The position numbers and the translations under genes were made by a program. This document shows positions 50,425-60,631 of a stretch of 64,000 nucleotides of DNA, one piece after another. Positions within the stretch are counted from its first letter, which is position 1; every line of letters begins with the position of its first letter. The DNA is from an uncultured Alphaproteobacteria bacterium. Its GTDB lineage: Bacteria; Pseudomonadota; Alphaproteobacteria; RF32; CAG-239. The stretch is from assembly GCA_949282205.1 (NCBI GenBank), contig CASDOS010000059.1, positions 77,922 to 141,921 of the forward strand, given 5' to 3'. Under the pieces are notes generated by a model. That model was not told the origin of the DNA. It saw only the letters and a program-made list of their open reading frames with translations, and ran no database searches.

Positions 50425-52176
50425 TTATTTTGCTTTAAACAGGAAACCGTCGACGGGGTGAGAGTTTTCTTGGCGCAGAACCAAGGGAAAAGCCTGAATT
50501 TCTTTAAAACCAAGCTGTTGAAGCAGATTTTGAACATACGAGCATTTATGTTTATAACGTCCGGTTGGGGAGAGGTAAAAATCAACATTTCTGTCTTCTT
50601 CTGCTGCTTCGATTGAGAACCAAACTTCGGATTTTTTGAGTAAACGAAGCACTTCTTCCAGATTCCCGAAATAGCAAAACACATCACAAGCAAGAACGAC
50701 GGAAAAGCTTTTAAGATTTTTCGATTCTTGTAGAAAAGATAAAATATCCTGACAAACAAGTTTTTGATAAAGATTTTTTTCACGAGCAATTTCAATCATT
50801 TGCGAAGAAATATCGACACCGATAAAATTAGTATTGTCATTTTTAAGTTTTTCGGCAACCAAGCCGGTTCCGCTGCCTAAATCAAGAACAGTACCGGAGA
50901 GTTGACCGTAATGTTGAGCAAAACAATCAATAATTTGCGGATTAAGATGAGTGATAACGTCGTCATAAGTTTCTGCAAAAGCATCAAAAAGTTGTTTAGC
51001 GTAGTCTTTGTCATCGTTTGCTGAAGCTGAAACACCTGAAATAGCCGCAAAGATTCGTTTGGAAAAAATATTATCGGGTTCAATTTTCTGCCAATTATCG
51101 GCAATTTTGAGAGCCAACTCGGCATTTTGCGCATAAAGTTCGGAGAGCGTTTCCATAATATTGATGGCAAACTCTTTTTTTTCGGGACAACGTTGATGCG
51201 CATTAAACATCAAGCCGAGCGCTTCCTCATATTCACCGACTTCTTTGAGAATAAGAGCGAGATTATAGCTGATTTCGGGTTTTTCGGGTTCAAGTTGCAC
51301 AGCCAAGCGATATTGTTCGAGCGCTTCCGCCAAGCGTTTTTGGCGATAGAGTAAAATACCGTAATTAAGATGCGCACCGGCAATATCTCGTGTCAGATTA
51401 AAACTTTTTTTATAATAAAGTTCTGCTTTGTCGAGTTCGTTTGTCTGCAAAGAAACATCGGCAACACCCAAGACTGCCTCAACCGAATTTTCATCAAGAT
51501 TCAAAACCTTATAATACAATTGTAAAGCCTCGGAAAAATTCTCGGCTGATTTGCACACTTTAGCCAAATTAAGCAAAGCGGAAGTATGAAAAGGGTGGTG
51601 AGCAACCGCTTGTCGTAAATATTTCTCTTTATCGGGAAGATTATCGCAGCAAGCCGCCGCCAAAAGGTTTGCCTGCAAATCATCGGGTTGTTCATCGGCA
51701 AGTTTAAGAAGAGTGTTTTTATCGTTGGTATAAAAGCATAAATTAGCGCATGCTTCGTTGTAGTCATTATCAATATCAAGAGCCCGACAAAAACTTTTAA
51801 CAGCATTTGAGTGTTCGGAAAGTTCTTCTTGCGTAAGTCCTAAAAAATTCCAAGCCTCTTTGAAGTCCGGCTGTAAATGAACTGCTTTTTGCAAGGCTTC
51901 CAGAGCCTCACGATATTTATGGAGCGCCCGATAGGTCAAACCCAAGTTAAAGTAATGCGGAGCAAATGGGGTAGGCGCGTATGTAATGGCGGATAAAAAA
52001 GCGTTAAGAGCTTGTTCGTTATTACCTTTGGCCTGAGCGATAAGCCCAAGCAAATTCCATATATCGGAATTTTGCGGCATCACTTCCAAGAGTTTCAGAT
52101 AGATATTTTCGGCTTCGTTGAGTGCGCCGTTATTTTGTAACTCGACTGCTTTCTGAAACATTAAATCATACGACAT
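50425..52176 (-). CDS. TPR-repeat protein with C-terminal SAM-dependent methyltransferase
   Basis: Multiple TPRs, LFDAFAETYD, VLDLGSGTG, GVDIS, DVFCYFG. Confidence 0.9.
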   Translation of the reverse strand: MSYDLMFQKAVELQNNGALNEAENIYLKLLEVMPQNSDIWNLLGLIAQAKGNNEQALNAFLSAITYAPTPFAPHYFNLGLTYRALHKYREALEALQKAVHLQPDFKEAWNFLGLTQEELSEHSNAVKSFCRALDIDNDYNEACANLCFYTNDKNTLLKLADEQPDDLQANLLAAACCDNLPDKEKYLRQAVAHHPFHTSALLNLAKVCKSAENFSEALQLYYKVLNLDENSVEAVLGVADVSLQTNELDKAELYYKKSFNLTRDIAGAHLNYGILLYRQKRLAEALEQYRLAVQLEPEKPEISYNLALILKEVGEYEEALGLMFNAHQRCPEKKEFAINIMETLSELYAQNAELALKIADNWQKIEPDNIFSKRIFAAISGVSASANDDKDYAKQLFDAFAETYDDVITHLNPQIIDCFAQHYGQLSGTVLDLGSGTGLVAEKLKNDNTNFIGVDISSQMIEIAREKNLYQKLVCQDILSFLQESKNLKSFSVVLACDVFCYFGNLEEVLRLLKKSEVWFSIEAAEEDRNVDFYLSPTGRYKHKCSYVQNLLQQLGFKEIQAFPLVLRQENSHPVDGFLFKAK

Positions 52177-52198
52177 TACAACTCCTTAAATAAGAAAA

Positions 52199-52954
52199 TT
52201 AAAGTAAAAAATCATCTAAGTTACGTCGAATTTCCAGCAAATCTTCATCAGCGCCTAAACGGTGATTACTATTTTTGAGTAATATAACTTTAACATCGTC
52301 GCTCGCAATTTTTTGCGCGATAAGCGGCGCCGTTTGCCATTCAAGAGAAGCGTCTTTCATCCCTTGAATTAATCGCACTTTACCCGAAAAAGGAATGACA
52401 TCTTTGTCAAGTAACAGATTTTCTTCGGCCGATTCAATCATTTCTTTAGTGATAACATAAGTAAAATCGTTGGTAGGAAAGGTGATTTTGCCGTCACGAT
52501 TAAGAATTTGCAGGTGCTCTGGTTTAAAGTAGTTTTCAAAATATTTTTTCAAGAAGTCAGGAGCGGCGGCAAGTCCGAGAAAACCTTTAACTTTCTCCGG
52601 AAATTGAATAGCCGCTAACAAGCCGAGCCATCCGCCCAAAGAAGACCCTGCCAAAACGACATCGCCTTCGACAATATCGTTTACAATTTCAAAAATCTGG
52701 TTTTTATAAGTATTTATGGTCGTTTCCTCAAATTTTGCGCTATCGGTGCCGTGTCCCGCAATCTCATAGCGGAAGAATCCCATGCCGTTTTCAATACACC
52801 ACTTTTTAATTTCCTCGGGCTTGCGTCCGTAAGGGTCGGAACAAAAACCATGTGCATAAACCAACGTAAAACTTTGAGTTTTAGAGGTACTGGGCTTAAT
52901 GTATTCACACTTGGTAGAGTGTCCGCATTTGAAAGAATAAAAAGAATCAGACAT
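52199..52954 (-). CDS. Alpha/beta hydrolase
   Basis: HGF, GSSLGG nucleophile motif, QGMKD, HRL. Confidence 0.9.
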   Translation of the reverse strand: MSDSFYSFKCGHSTKCEYIKPSTSKTQSFTLVYAHGFCSDPYGRKPEEIKKWCIENGMGFFRYEIAGHGTDSAKFEETTINTYKNQIFEIVNDIVEGDVVLAGSSLGGWLGLLAAIQFPEKVKGFLGLAAAPDFLKKYFENYFKPEHLQILNRDGKITFPTNDFTYVITKEMIESAEENLLLDKDVIPFSGKVRLIQGMKDASLEWQTAPLIAQKIASDDVKVILLKNSNHRLGADEDLLEIRRNLDDFLL

Positions 52955-53000
52955 AAAAACCTCGTTAAAAAGATTGATTTAAGAAGGATATATACTGCAA

Positions 53001-54203
53001 ATGAGTAAAGATAAAGTAAAAAACATAAAACAACCGACGGAAAACAACACGCCTGTTGTGTTGCAGGTTTTGCCAGAATTGGGGCAAGGCGGTGTAGAGG
53101 TCGGCACGATACAAATCGCCGAAGCTCTGACGGCTAAAGGATATACAAATTATGTAGCATCGCAAGGCGGTCATTTGGAGTATAGTTTGGAACGCATGGG
53201 AGTAAAACATTTTACTTTGCCGTTAAAGAGTAAAAATCCTCTGACGATTTTAAAAAACGCCGATAAATTAGCGGAAATAATCAAGAAAAACGGTATTAAT
53301 ATCGTGCATGCACGTTCGCGAGCTCCGGCGTGGAGCGCGTATTTAGCGGCGAAAAAGGCCGGTGTGCATTTTATAACCACGTTTCACGGCACCTATGGTT
53401 TAGGACCGTGGGGGATTAAGAAAGCGTATAATAAAGTGATGACTTTTGGAGAAAAAGTAATTGTAATTTCTTCTCACATCAAAAATCATGTGCTGCAAAA
53501 TTATCATACGCCGGAAGATAAATTAGTTTTTATCCATCGTTGCGTTGATACGGAGAAATTCAATCCTGAAGGTGTTACGGAAGAGCGATTAAAGTCCATT
53601 ATTGAACAATATGAATTGCCGACCGATAAAAAGATTGTTTTATTGATTGGTCGCTTAACTCACTGGAAAGGGCAACATTTGCTGATAGATGCCTTGGCAA
53701 AGATTAAAGAACGAGGAGATTTTCACTGTGTGTTTACCGGAGATGATCAGGGTAGGGTAAAATATACCGAAAGTCTGGTGGAGCAGATAAAATCTTACCA
53801 TATGGAAGGAGATTTCACCTTTATTCGTCATACAGATGATGTGCCTGCGTTAATGAAAGCGTGCGACATTGTGGTATCGGCGTCGATAGAGCCGGAAGCG
53901 TTCGGAAGAATTGCCGCGGAAGGCGAAGCAATGGGAAAAATTGTTTTGGCCTCAAATATAGGAGGTTCGTTGGATAATTTGAAAGACGGCGAAACGGGAC
54001 GTCACTTTATCTCAGGCGATGCAAAAGATTTGAGTGAAAAATTAGAGTGGGCGCTAAATTTGAGCGATAGTGAGCGCAAAAAAATCGCCACGCAAGCGCG
54101 TAATTTTGTAAAAGAAAACTTTACAAAAGAAATTATGTGTAGTAAAACAATCGGAGTCTACGAAGATTTGCTTAGGCAAACAGACGTAGACAATGAGCAA
54201 TAG
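53001..54203 (+). CDS. Glycosyltransferase family 4
   Basis: GGVE, HARSRAPAW, GRLTHWKG, EAFGRIAAEG. Confidence 0.92.
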   Translation: MSKDKVKNIKQPTENNTPVVLQVLPELGQGGVEVGTIQIAEALTAKGYTNYVASQGGHLEYSLERMGVKHFTLPLKSKNPLTILKNADKLAEIIKKNGINIVHARSRAPAWSAYLAAKKAGVHFITTFHGTYGLGPWGIKKAYNKVMTFGEKVIVISSHIKNHVLQNYHTPEDKLVFIHRCVDTEKFNPEGVTEERLKSIIEQYELPTDKKIVLLIGRLTHWKGQHLLIDALAKIKERGDFHCVFTGDDQGRVKYTESLVEQIKSYHMEGDFTFIRHTDDVPALMKACDIVVSASIEPEAFGRIAAEGEAMGKIVLASNIGGSLDNLKDGETGRHFISGDAKDLSEKLEWALNLSDSERKKIATQARNFVKENFTKEIMCSKTIGVYEDLLRQTDVDNEQ

Positions 54204-54314
54204 CTGCTTTGGGTTTAGGCCTAAATCTTAAAGGGAAGACCAACGGAAAAGGGCAGATAAACCACAAAGAAGCAAAAGAAAACTTTAGATAACAATTAAA
54301 TTAAGGGGTAAAAA

Positions 54315-56243
54315 ATGATAAAAATTGAACTGCCGGACGGCAGCATAAAAGAAGTAGAAGCCGGAATTTCAGGCTTTGAGCTTGCAAATCAAATAAGTCA
54401 TAACTTGGCAAAAGCCGCAATCGCTGTTGAAATCGACGGCACATTAAAAGATCTCACTACCCCGCTCACTACCGATTCTAAAGTTAAAATAATCACTACC
54501 CAAGATAAACATGGACTTGAAATTTTGCGTCACTCTTGCTCACACGTTATGTCCGAAGCCGTTAAAGAGTTGTGGCCTGATGTTCAAGTAACAATTGGCC
54601 CGTTCATTGAAGATGGCTTTTACTATGACTTTTCACGTAAAGAGCCGTTCACAACGGAAGATTTTGTGAAAATTGAAGAAAAGATGCATGAAATCGTCAA
54701 ACGCAATGAAAAGATTGAACGTGAAGTTGTCAGCCGTGCGGATGCAATAAAGTTGTTTAAGTCATTGGGAGAACACTACAAAGTAGAAATCATTGAAGAC
54801 TTGCCGGAAGATGCGGAAATTTCTTTGTATCGCCAAGGTAATTATGTTGATTTGTGCCGTGGTCCTCACGTTCCATCAACATCAAAAATTGGTGATGCGT
54901 TTAAATTGATGAAAGTTGCCGGTGCATATTGGCGTGGCGATTCTAAAAATGAAATGTTGCAAAGAATTTATGCAACCGCATGGGCAAATAAAAAAGATTT
55001 ACAAGAATATTTAACCCGTATGGAAGAAGCCGCAAAACGCGACCATAGAAAATTGGGTAAAGAAATGGATTTATTCCATTTTGAACCTGAATATGCGCCA
55101 GGTGCAGTATTCTGGCATGACAAAGGTTACAAAATCTATCGTAAACTGATTGAATACATGCGTAATCGCCAAGAACACAATGGATACGAAGAAGTATGCA
55201 CACCTCGCATTATGGATAGATGCTTGTGGGAAACTTCTGGTCACTGGGAAAAATATGGTGCGCATAACTATTCCGGTCAAACCGAAGACGGTAAGTGGTT
55301 CTGTATCAAACCGATGAACTGCCCGGGCGGATTGTTGGTATACAAACAAGGTATTAAGAGTTACCGTGATTTGCCGTTAAGAATGGCTGAATTTGGTAAA
55401 GTAAACCGTTATGAAGCATCTGGTGCATTGATGGGCTTAATGCGTGTTCGTGAATTTACTCAAGACGATGCGCACATCTTCTGCACACCGGAACAAATGG
55501 AAGAAGAATGCATCACAACGATGAAGTTGATTTTTGATATTTATAAAGACTTCGGTTTTGATAAAATCAAAATTTACTTGTCAACTCGTCCGGAGAAACG
55601 TATTGGTTCTGATGAAATTTGGGATATTTCCGAAAAATCATTGGCTCACGCTTTGGAAAAACACGGTTATGAATATGAAATCAATGAAGGCGAAGGCGCT
55701 TTCTATGGCCCAAAATTGGAATTCATCTTGCGTGATGCTATCGGCCGTGAATGGCAATGCGGTACAATTCAAGTAGACATGAACTTGCCACAAAGATTTG
55801 ATATCAGCTATATTGGCGAAGATGGTGAGAAACACCAGCCGGTAATGTTGCACCGCGCGTTGTTCGGCTCAATTGAAAGATTTTTAGGTATTTTAATTGA
55901 ACACCATGCCGGTAAATTGCCGTTGTGGTTGTCACCGGAACAAGTTGTTGTATTGCCGGTAACATCTGCATTTGACAACTATGCTGAAGAAGTTGCTAAA
56001 GCATTGCGCCAAGCAGGTCTTTCTGCAAAAACAGACACCCGCAATGAAAAGATTAACTATAAGATTCGTGAACACTCTGTTGAGAAGATTCCAGTAATTA
56101 TGGTTGTCGGCGCAAAAGAAGAAGCAGATAAGACAGTGACAATTCGTCGTTTAGGTTCAGAAGAACAAAAAGTTATGAACTTAGATGAAGCTATTGCATC
56201 ACTCGTTAAAGAAGCTGAAATGCCTCACAAAAACGAAGCATAA
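54315..56243 (+). CDS. thrS: Threonine--tRNA ligase
   Basis: RHSCSH, DLCRGPH, KPMNCP, RVREFTQDDAH, FYGPK, HRALFGSIERF. Confidence 0.99.
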   Translation: MIKIELPDGSIKEVEAGISGFELANQISHNLAKAAIAVEIDGTLKDLTTPLTTDSKVKIITTQDKHGLEILRHSCSHVMSEAVKELWPDVQVTIGPFIEDGFYYDFSRKEPFTTEDFVKIEEKMHEIVKRNEKIEREVVSRADAIKLFKSLGEHYKVEIIEDLPEDAEISLYRQGNYVDLCRGPHVPSTSKIGDAFKLMKVAGAYWRGDSKNEMLQRIYATAWANKKDLQEYLTRMEEAAKRDHRKLGKEMDLFHFEPEYAPGAVFWHDKGYKIYRKLIEYMRNRQEHNGYEEVCTPRIMDRCLWETSGHWEKYGAHNYSGQTEDGKWFCIKPMNCPGGLLVYKQGIKSYRDLPLRMAEFGKVNRYEASGALMGLMRVREFTQDDAHIFCTPEQMEEECITTMKLIFDIYKDFGFDKIKIYLSTRPEKRIGSDEIWDISEKSLAHALEKHGYEYEINEGEGAFYGPKLEFILRDAIGREWQCGTIQVDMNLPQRFDISYIGEDGEKHQPVMLHRALFGSIERFLGILIEHHAGKLPLWLSPEQVVVLPVTSAFDNYAEEVAKALRQAGLSAKTDTRNEKINYKIREHSVEKIPVIMVVGAKEEADKTVTIRRLGSEEQKVMNLDEAIASLVKEAEMPHKNEA

Positions 56244-56270
56244 AGATAAATACAGAGAACATCTGACAGA

Positions 56271-56300
56271 GCGCGGTACGGTAAAGTACCGCGTTTCTGT
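56271..56300 (+). terminator. Intrinsic terminator after thrS
   Basis: GCGCGGTAC-ggtaaa-GTACCGCGT followed by a T-rich tail. Confidence 0.7.
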
Positions 56301-56376
56301 TTGGGAAAATAAAAAGATGTTAAGCAAATTTTAAGTATCGGAAGCTAGAATCAAACAAGATAGATAAAGATATTAG

Positions 56377-57087
56377 ATGAGGTGTTCGATGCGTAAAATC
56401 CTCCCATGTACTATGGCAATAGTGTTGTTATCAAGCGTTTCTTTGATTGCCCAAGAAATACCGCAAGAAAAACCGGAAGAAACCAAAATCTATATTATGC
56501 CGGATGAAGTAAAATGTTATATTCGCAAACAAGACCGAATAACTTTTTGCACGGATTTAGCCGGAAAGCCGATAACCGGAGAATTGCGCAAATATCGAGA
56601 AAATGAGCTGGTTCGCCGGTATACGCTAAATAAAGGGATATTGAACGGCACCGTTATTTCTTATTATATAAACGGCGATGTGCTGTCAGAAAAGCCCTAT
56701 ACCAAAGGTAAATTGAACGGCGTGGTAAAAACATACTATAAAAACAATAAGATAGAATCATTGACGCCGTATCAAAATGGGGTGAAAGAGGGCGTGGCGA
56801 AATTTTATTATGATAATGGCTATATGCAAGAACAAGGAATATATATCGGCGGCAAGCTAAACGGACAATATCGTTTGTATGATAAAACCGGAGAAATGGT
56901 TTATGAATTGGTTTTTGAGAATGACAGTTTGGCGTCCGGATATTGTATGTATAAGAAGAAAGAAAACGACGATAAGCGATACAAACAGGAATTAGATGCC
57001 AATACCTTAGATATGTTGAGAAAACATCAAGTTGCACTGGATAATACAATTATCGTGAATGGATGTTCCATGAAAAGAAACGGGTAG
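56377..57087 (+). CDS. Exported MORN-variant (YwqK-like) repeat protein
   Basis: Signal peptide; repeats G.LNG....YY.NG. Confidence 0.8.
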   Translation: MRCSMRKILPCTMAIVLLSSVSLIAQEIPQEKPEETKIYIMPDEVKCYIRKQDRITFCTDLAGKPITGELRKYRENELVRRYTLNKGILNGTVISYYINGDVLSEKPYTKGKLNGVVKTYYKNNKIESLTPYQNGVKEGVAKFYYDNGYMQEQGIYIGGKLNGQYRLYDKTGEMVYELVFENDSLASGYCMYKKKENDDKRYKQELDANTLDMLRKHQVALDNTIIVNGCSMKRNG

Positions 57088-57096
57088 GCAAAAGGG

Positions 57097-57606
57097 ATGA
57101 CGAATAATATTAAGCAAATTCGTAAATCTTTAGGAATAAGTGTGACTGAGCTGGCACAAAAATTAGATATGTCGCAAGGAAACTTGTCAAAAATAGAGAA
57201 CGGTCAGGTTGATTTGCGATTAGAAACGGCGCGAACGATAGCGGATGTGTTACAATGCCCTTTAGAAAGAATAATGGGGAAAGAGAAAACGGAAACCTCG
57301 CCGTTGGTAATGAATTTAAATTTACCGCTCGGTAGTCAAACCATGAAAATAATCGATGATACAATGGCGCCGACAATTAAGAAGGGTGATATTGCAGTTA
57401 TTCAGCCTCTGGGCGTCAAAAAAGAAGATGGTGTATATTTGATAAATAGAAAAGGGAAAGAACAAATAAGACGTTTGCAAGCGTTATATGGTGGAAAGAT
57501 TGCGCTTTTGTGTGATAATAAGGGGTATGAAACAGAATATGCGAATGAGCAAGATGTGGAGATAATCGGTAAAGTATTGCAAAAAATCAGCATTGTAGAG
57601 ATATAG
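57097..57606 (+). CDS. XRE HTH + S24 peptidase-like (CI/LexA-type) repressor
   Basis: ELAQKLDMSQGNLSKIENG; DDTMAPTI..GD; IRRL. Confidence 0.85.
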   Translation: MTNNIKQIRKSLGISVTELAQKLDMSQGNLSKIENGQVDLRLETARTIADVLQCPLERIMGKEKTETSPLVMNLNLPLGSQTMKIIDDTMAPTIKKGDIAVIQPLGVKKEDGVYLINRKGKEQIRRLQALYGGKIALLCDNKGYETEYANEQDVEIIGKVLQKISIVEI

Positions 57607-58033
57607 AGAAATTTGTTCTCTTGCTGTAAAACAAGATAGGGTAAAGTTTAACTCCTTGACGACAGTCAGGGAGTTTTTGTTTGTATAATCATTATTCGGA
57701 TATGTGAATATAAATGCATATTTTGGAGTTTGTCGACAGAGATGAATAATATGCATAAAAAAAATTACGTTGGAAATGAAAAATATAAAAACTGATATAA
57801 AACAAAGTGATAAATAAATTATTCAAGTTTATGAATATTTTGACAAATATTCTTGCAAAGAATATTTTAATCATAGTATTTGTTGCAAAAGATGATTAAG
57901 ATAGGTGAAACAAAAAGTTAAAAGGAATACATTTTCACCATTAGGTGATGATATTTGGAACAAAAGGTTATAGTATTTTGAACAAAAAAAATCCGCCGGC
58001 TAAGCGGCGGAATGTTAAACAGAAAAAAGAATA

Positions 58034-58867
58034 TTAAGCGCTAAGTTCATCTAAAGGCGCAGGAAAATCTTTAGCTTCAGCCAAAACAGCCATAAAAGTT
58101 TTTTCCAAATCGCACAATTTTTCTTTTTCATAAGCAAATGCAACGATAACGGAATTTTTATATTCCTTGATGATATTGATGTCTTCGTCATCAAGCATAC
58201 TGGGATATTTCCCCAAGGAAAACAAGTTTTCACGATTTCTTTTAGCTAATTTAAGTAAATCAATCGGAGCGCCGGTAATAGCAACTAAGGATTTATTATA
58301 TTTAAAGGCATCAGTAATTTCATCTAAAACAGATTTATCCAAGCGAGGTTCCGGCCAAACCATATGAGCGATTTTAGTTTTAGCAACAACTTTAGCTAAA
58401 TCAATAAGTTGTTCATCAGAAAAATAGCAACCGGTCAAGTCTAGATAAGCCAAATCGGAGAGTTCGTGTATCAACTCGAGCAACCGTTCAAATAAAATCT
58501 GATCATCGGCAAAAAGGAAACATTTAATAGCCAAACTACGCAGTTTAGAATGTTTAATAAGTTTCAAGAAAACATTTCTAAGCATTTCAGCATCGGCATA
58601 TTTATGCTTAATAATAGAATTTTTCAACATACCTTTAGCCGTAGAATATAAGCTGTTGGTTCTGCCATCTGCGACAAAAGCCTCATAAGGGCCGATGCCC
58701 AAAGAAAATTTCTTCAAGTTAGAGCAAGTATCGAGCCAAAAATAAGCCTCTTGCAAATCATTTTTTTTAACACATGGGCGTTTCAGTACAATTTCACCGG
58801 CACAAGCATCAAAGTACCCAAACGCGTTTCTGGAGCCGCATTCATTAGAAAAGCCCTTCATAGTCAA
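58034..58867 (-). CDS. Hypothetical protein with LRR-like segments
   Basis: LRSLAI and LAYLDLTGCYFSD leucine-rich repeat-like units. Confidence 0.6.
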   Translation of the reverse strand: MTMKGFSNECGSRNAFGYFDACAGEIVLKRPCVKKNDLQEAYFWLDTCSNLKKFSLGIGPYEAFVADGRTNSLYSTAKGMLKNSIIKHKYADAEMLRNVFLKLIKHSKLRSLAIKCFLFADDQILFERLLELIHELSDLAYLDLTGCYFSDEQLIDLAKVVAKTKIAHMVWPEPRLDKSVLDEITDAFKYNKSLVAITGAPIDLLKLAKRNRENLFSLGKYPSMLDDEDINIIKEYKNSVIVAFAYEKEKLCDLEKTFMAVLAEAKDFPAPLDELSA

Positions 58868-59195
58868 ATCCCTTCAATAAAAAGTTAGTTCCAAATATAC
58901 AACCGACGGTGTAGATAAACAACGTAAAGTTGTATAAAGTCCGTTTGTAAACAAATATTATGTTAAAGAAGAAATAAAAGCAAGTAAAATTTTACCTATT
59001 ATTGTATTTAAGTAAAAAAAACACCATAAGTTTAAAAAGAAAGCGATTATTAAGTAAAATTGTATATAAGAGCACACAAAAATAAAAGAATTCTGAGTGA
59101 ATTATTAACAAGGGATAAGGGAATAATGAAAACAATTGTCAAATGCAAAGAAAGAAAATATAGTAAAGCAGATAAGTAACAAGCAGGAAGAAGTC

Positions 59196-60611
59196 ATGAC
59201 AGAGTACATAACAGGCGTTTTAGGTATCAGTATCATCGCATTAATATACGCGAGCATAGCATACCGCATTAGATTATTGCACAAATCCGCGGCGTACAAT
59301 GATATATACGAGAAATACAACGAATTACAGCTAAAACATGCGATAACGGAATCAAAATTTGCGGATACGATAACGGCTGCGGCCAAAGCGGAAAGCGAGA
59401 AAATCAAATATCTGGATACGATAACGGTGTTAGAGCGCGAGTTAAGTGCGCAAAAAGCGTCTGCATCAGCCAAAGAGGAAAGTTTGAATGAGCGCATAAA
59501 GTATCTAGAAAAGATGAAAGAAGAATTGAGTTTGAAGTTTAAGGACATATCAAGCGAAATAATCAAAGCTCAGCATGAAAGTTTCTCGAATGAGCAAAAG
59601 AATACATTAAGTAATATATTAAATCCGTTTTCCGAGCAATTAAAAGCGTTCAAGAGCGAAGTAAACACAGCGCGTGAAGAGAGTATCAAGCGCAAAGCGA
59701 CATTAGATAACCAATTGGAAAATTTGATGAATTTGAATCAGAATTTAAGTAAGGATGCGCAAAATTTAACGGAAGCCTTAAAGGGGAATAAAAAGGCGCA
59801 AGGCAACTGGGGAGAATATCAGTTGGATAGGATTTTGGAAATATCGGGTTTACGCAAAGGTCAAGATTATGACACGCAAGAGAGTTATCAAGATGAAAAT
59901 AAGAAGTTATATCGTCCCGATGTGATTATACATTTGCCGGAGGGGCGGGATATAATTGTAGACTCCAAAGTATCATTAAACGATTATCTGGAAGCGATAA
60001 AGGCGGAAGATGCCGTAACTCGAGAAAAAAGTTTGCAAAAGAACTTAAATTGCATCAAAAATCACGTTGATGAGTTATCAGTCAAGGAATATCAGAATTT
60101 ACTAAAAGAGAAGACATTAAATTATGTGATAATGTTTATACCGATAGAGAGTGCGTATGTTGCGGCGTTGGAAGCGGATAACACGTTGTATGATTATGCG
60201 TACCGTCGCAACGTAGTGTTGGCAACACCGTTGTCATTATTGCCGATATTGAGAACGATAGAAAATCTGTGGCGGATAGATAAACAAAATCAAAATGTGC
60301 AAAAGATAGCGGAATTAGGCGGAAAGATATATGATAAGTTGGCGGCATTTATGGAAGATATGAAAGCCATTGAGCGAGGTATCAATCAGACCAATAACGC
60401 CTACGGTAATGCGATGACAAAGCTATACGGCAAGGGGTCAGCGTTAACACAAGCGGAAAATATGAAGAAATTAGGCGCCAAAACGAATAAAAGCATTAAC
60501 CTGAACTTAAAGGATAATGAGTTATTACTGGAAGCGCCGGAAGAAATATCCGCGGAAGAAGAAAACACGGCATCTGAAAAAGAGCCGAAATTAAAGGAAG
60601 ACAAACTCTAG
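59196..60611 (+). CDS. rmuC: DNA recombination protein RmuC
   Basis: QGNWGE..L..ILE.SGL, RPDVII.LP, IVDSKVSL, MFIPIE; likely start ATG 59196. Confidence 0.95.
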   Translation: MTEYITGVLGISIIALIYASIAYRIRLLHKSAAYNDIYEKYNELQLKHAITESKFADTITAAAKAESEKIKYLDTITVLERELSAQKASASAKEESLNERIKYLEKMKEELSLKFKDISSEIIKAQHESFSNEQKNTLSNILNPFSEQLKAFKSEVNTAREESIKRKATLDNQLENLMNLNQNLSKDAQNLTEALKGNKKAQGNWGEYQLDRILEISGLRKGQDYDTQESYQDENKKLYRPDVIIHLPEGRDIIVDSKVSLNDYLEAIKAEDAVTREKSLQKNLNCIKNHVDELSVKEYQNLLKEKTLNYVIMFIPIESAYVAALEADNTLYDYAYRRNVVLATPLSLLPILRTIENLWRIDKQNQNVQKIAELGGKIYDKLAAFMEDMKAIERGINQTNNAYGNAMTKLYGKGSALTQAENMKKLGAKTNKSINLNLKDNELLLEAPEEISAEEENTASEKEPKLKEDKL

Positions 60612-60631
60612 AGGATAAGCGGGAGAAAATA

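Noticed and set aside
54204-54314. T-box riboswitch before thrS
   Set aside because: The leader is too short and has no T-box consensus or terminator.
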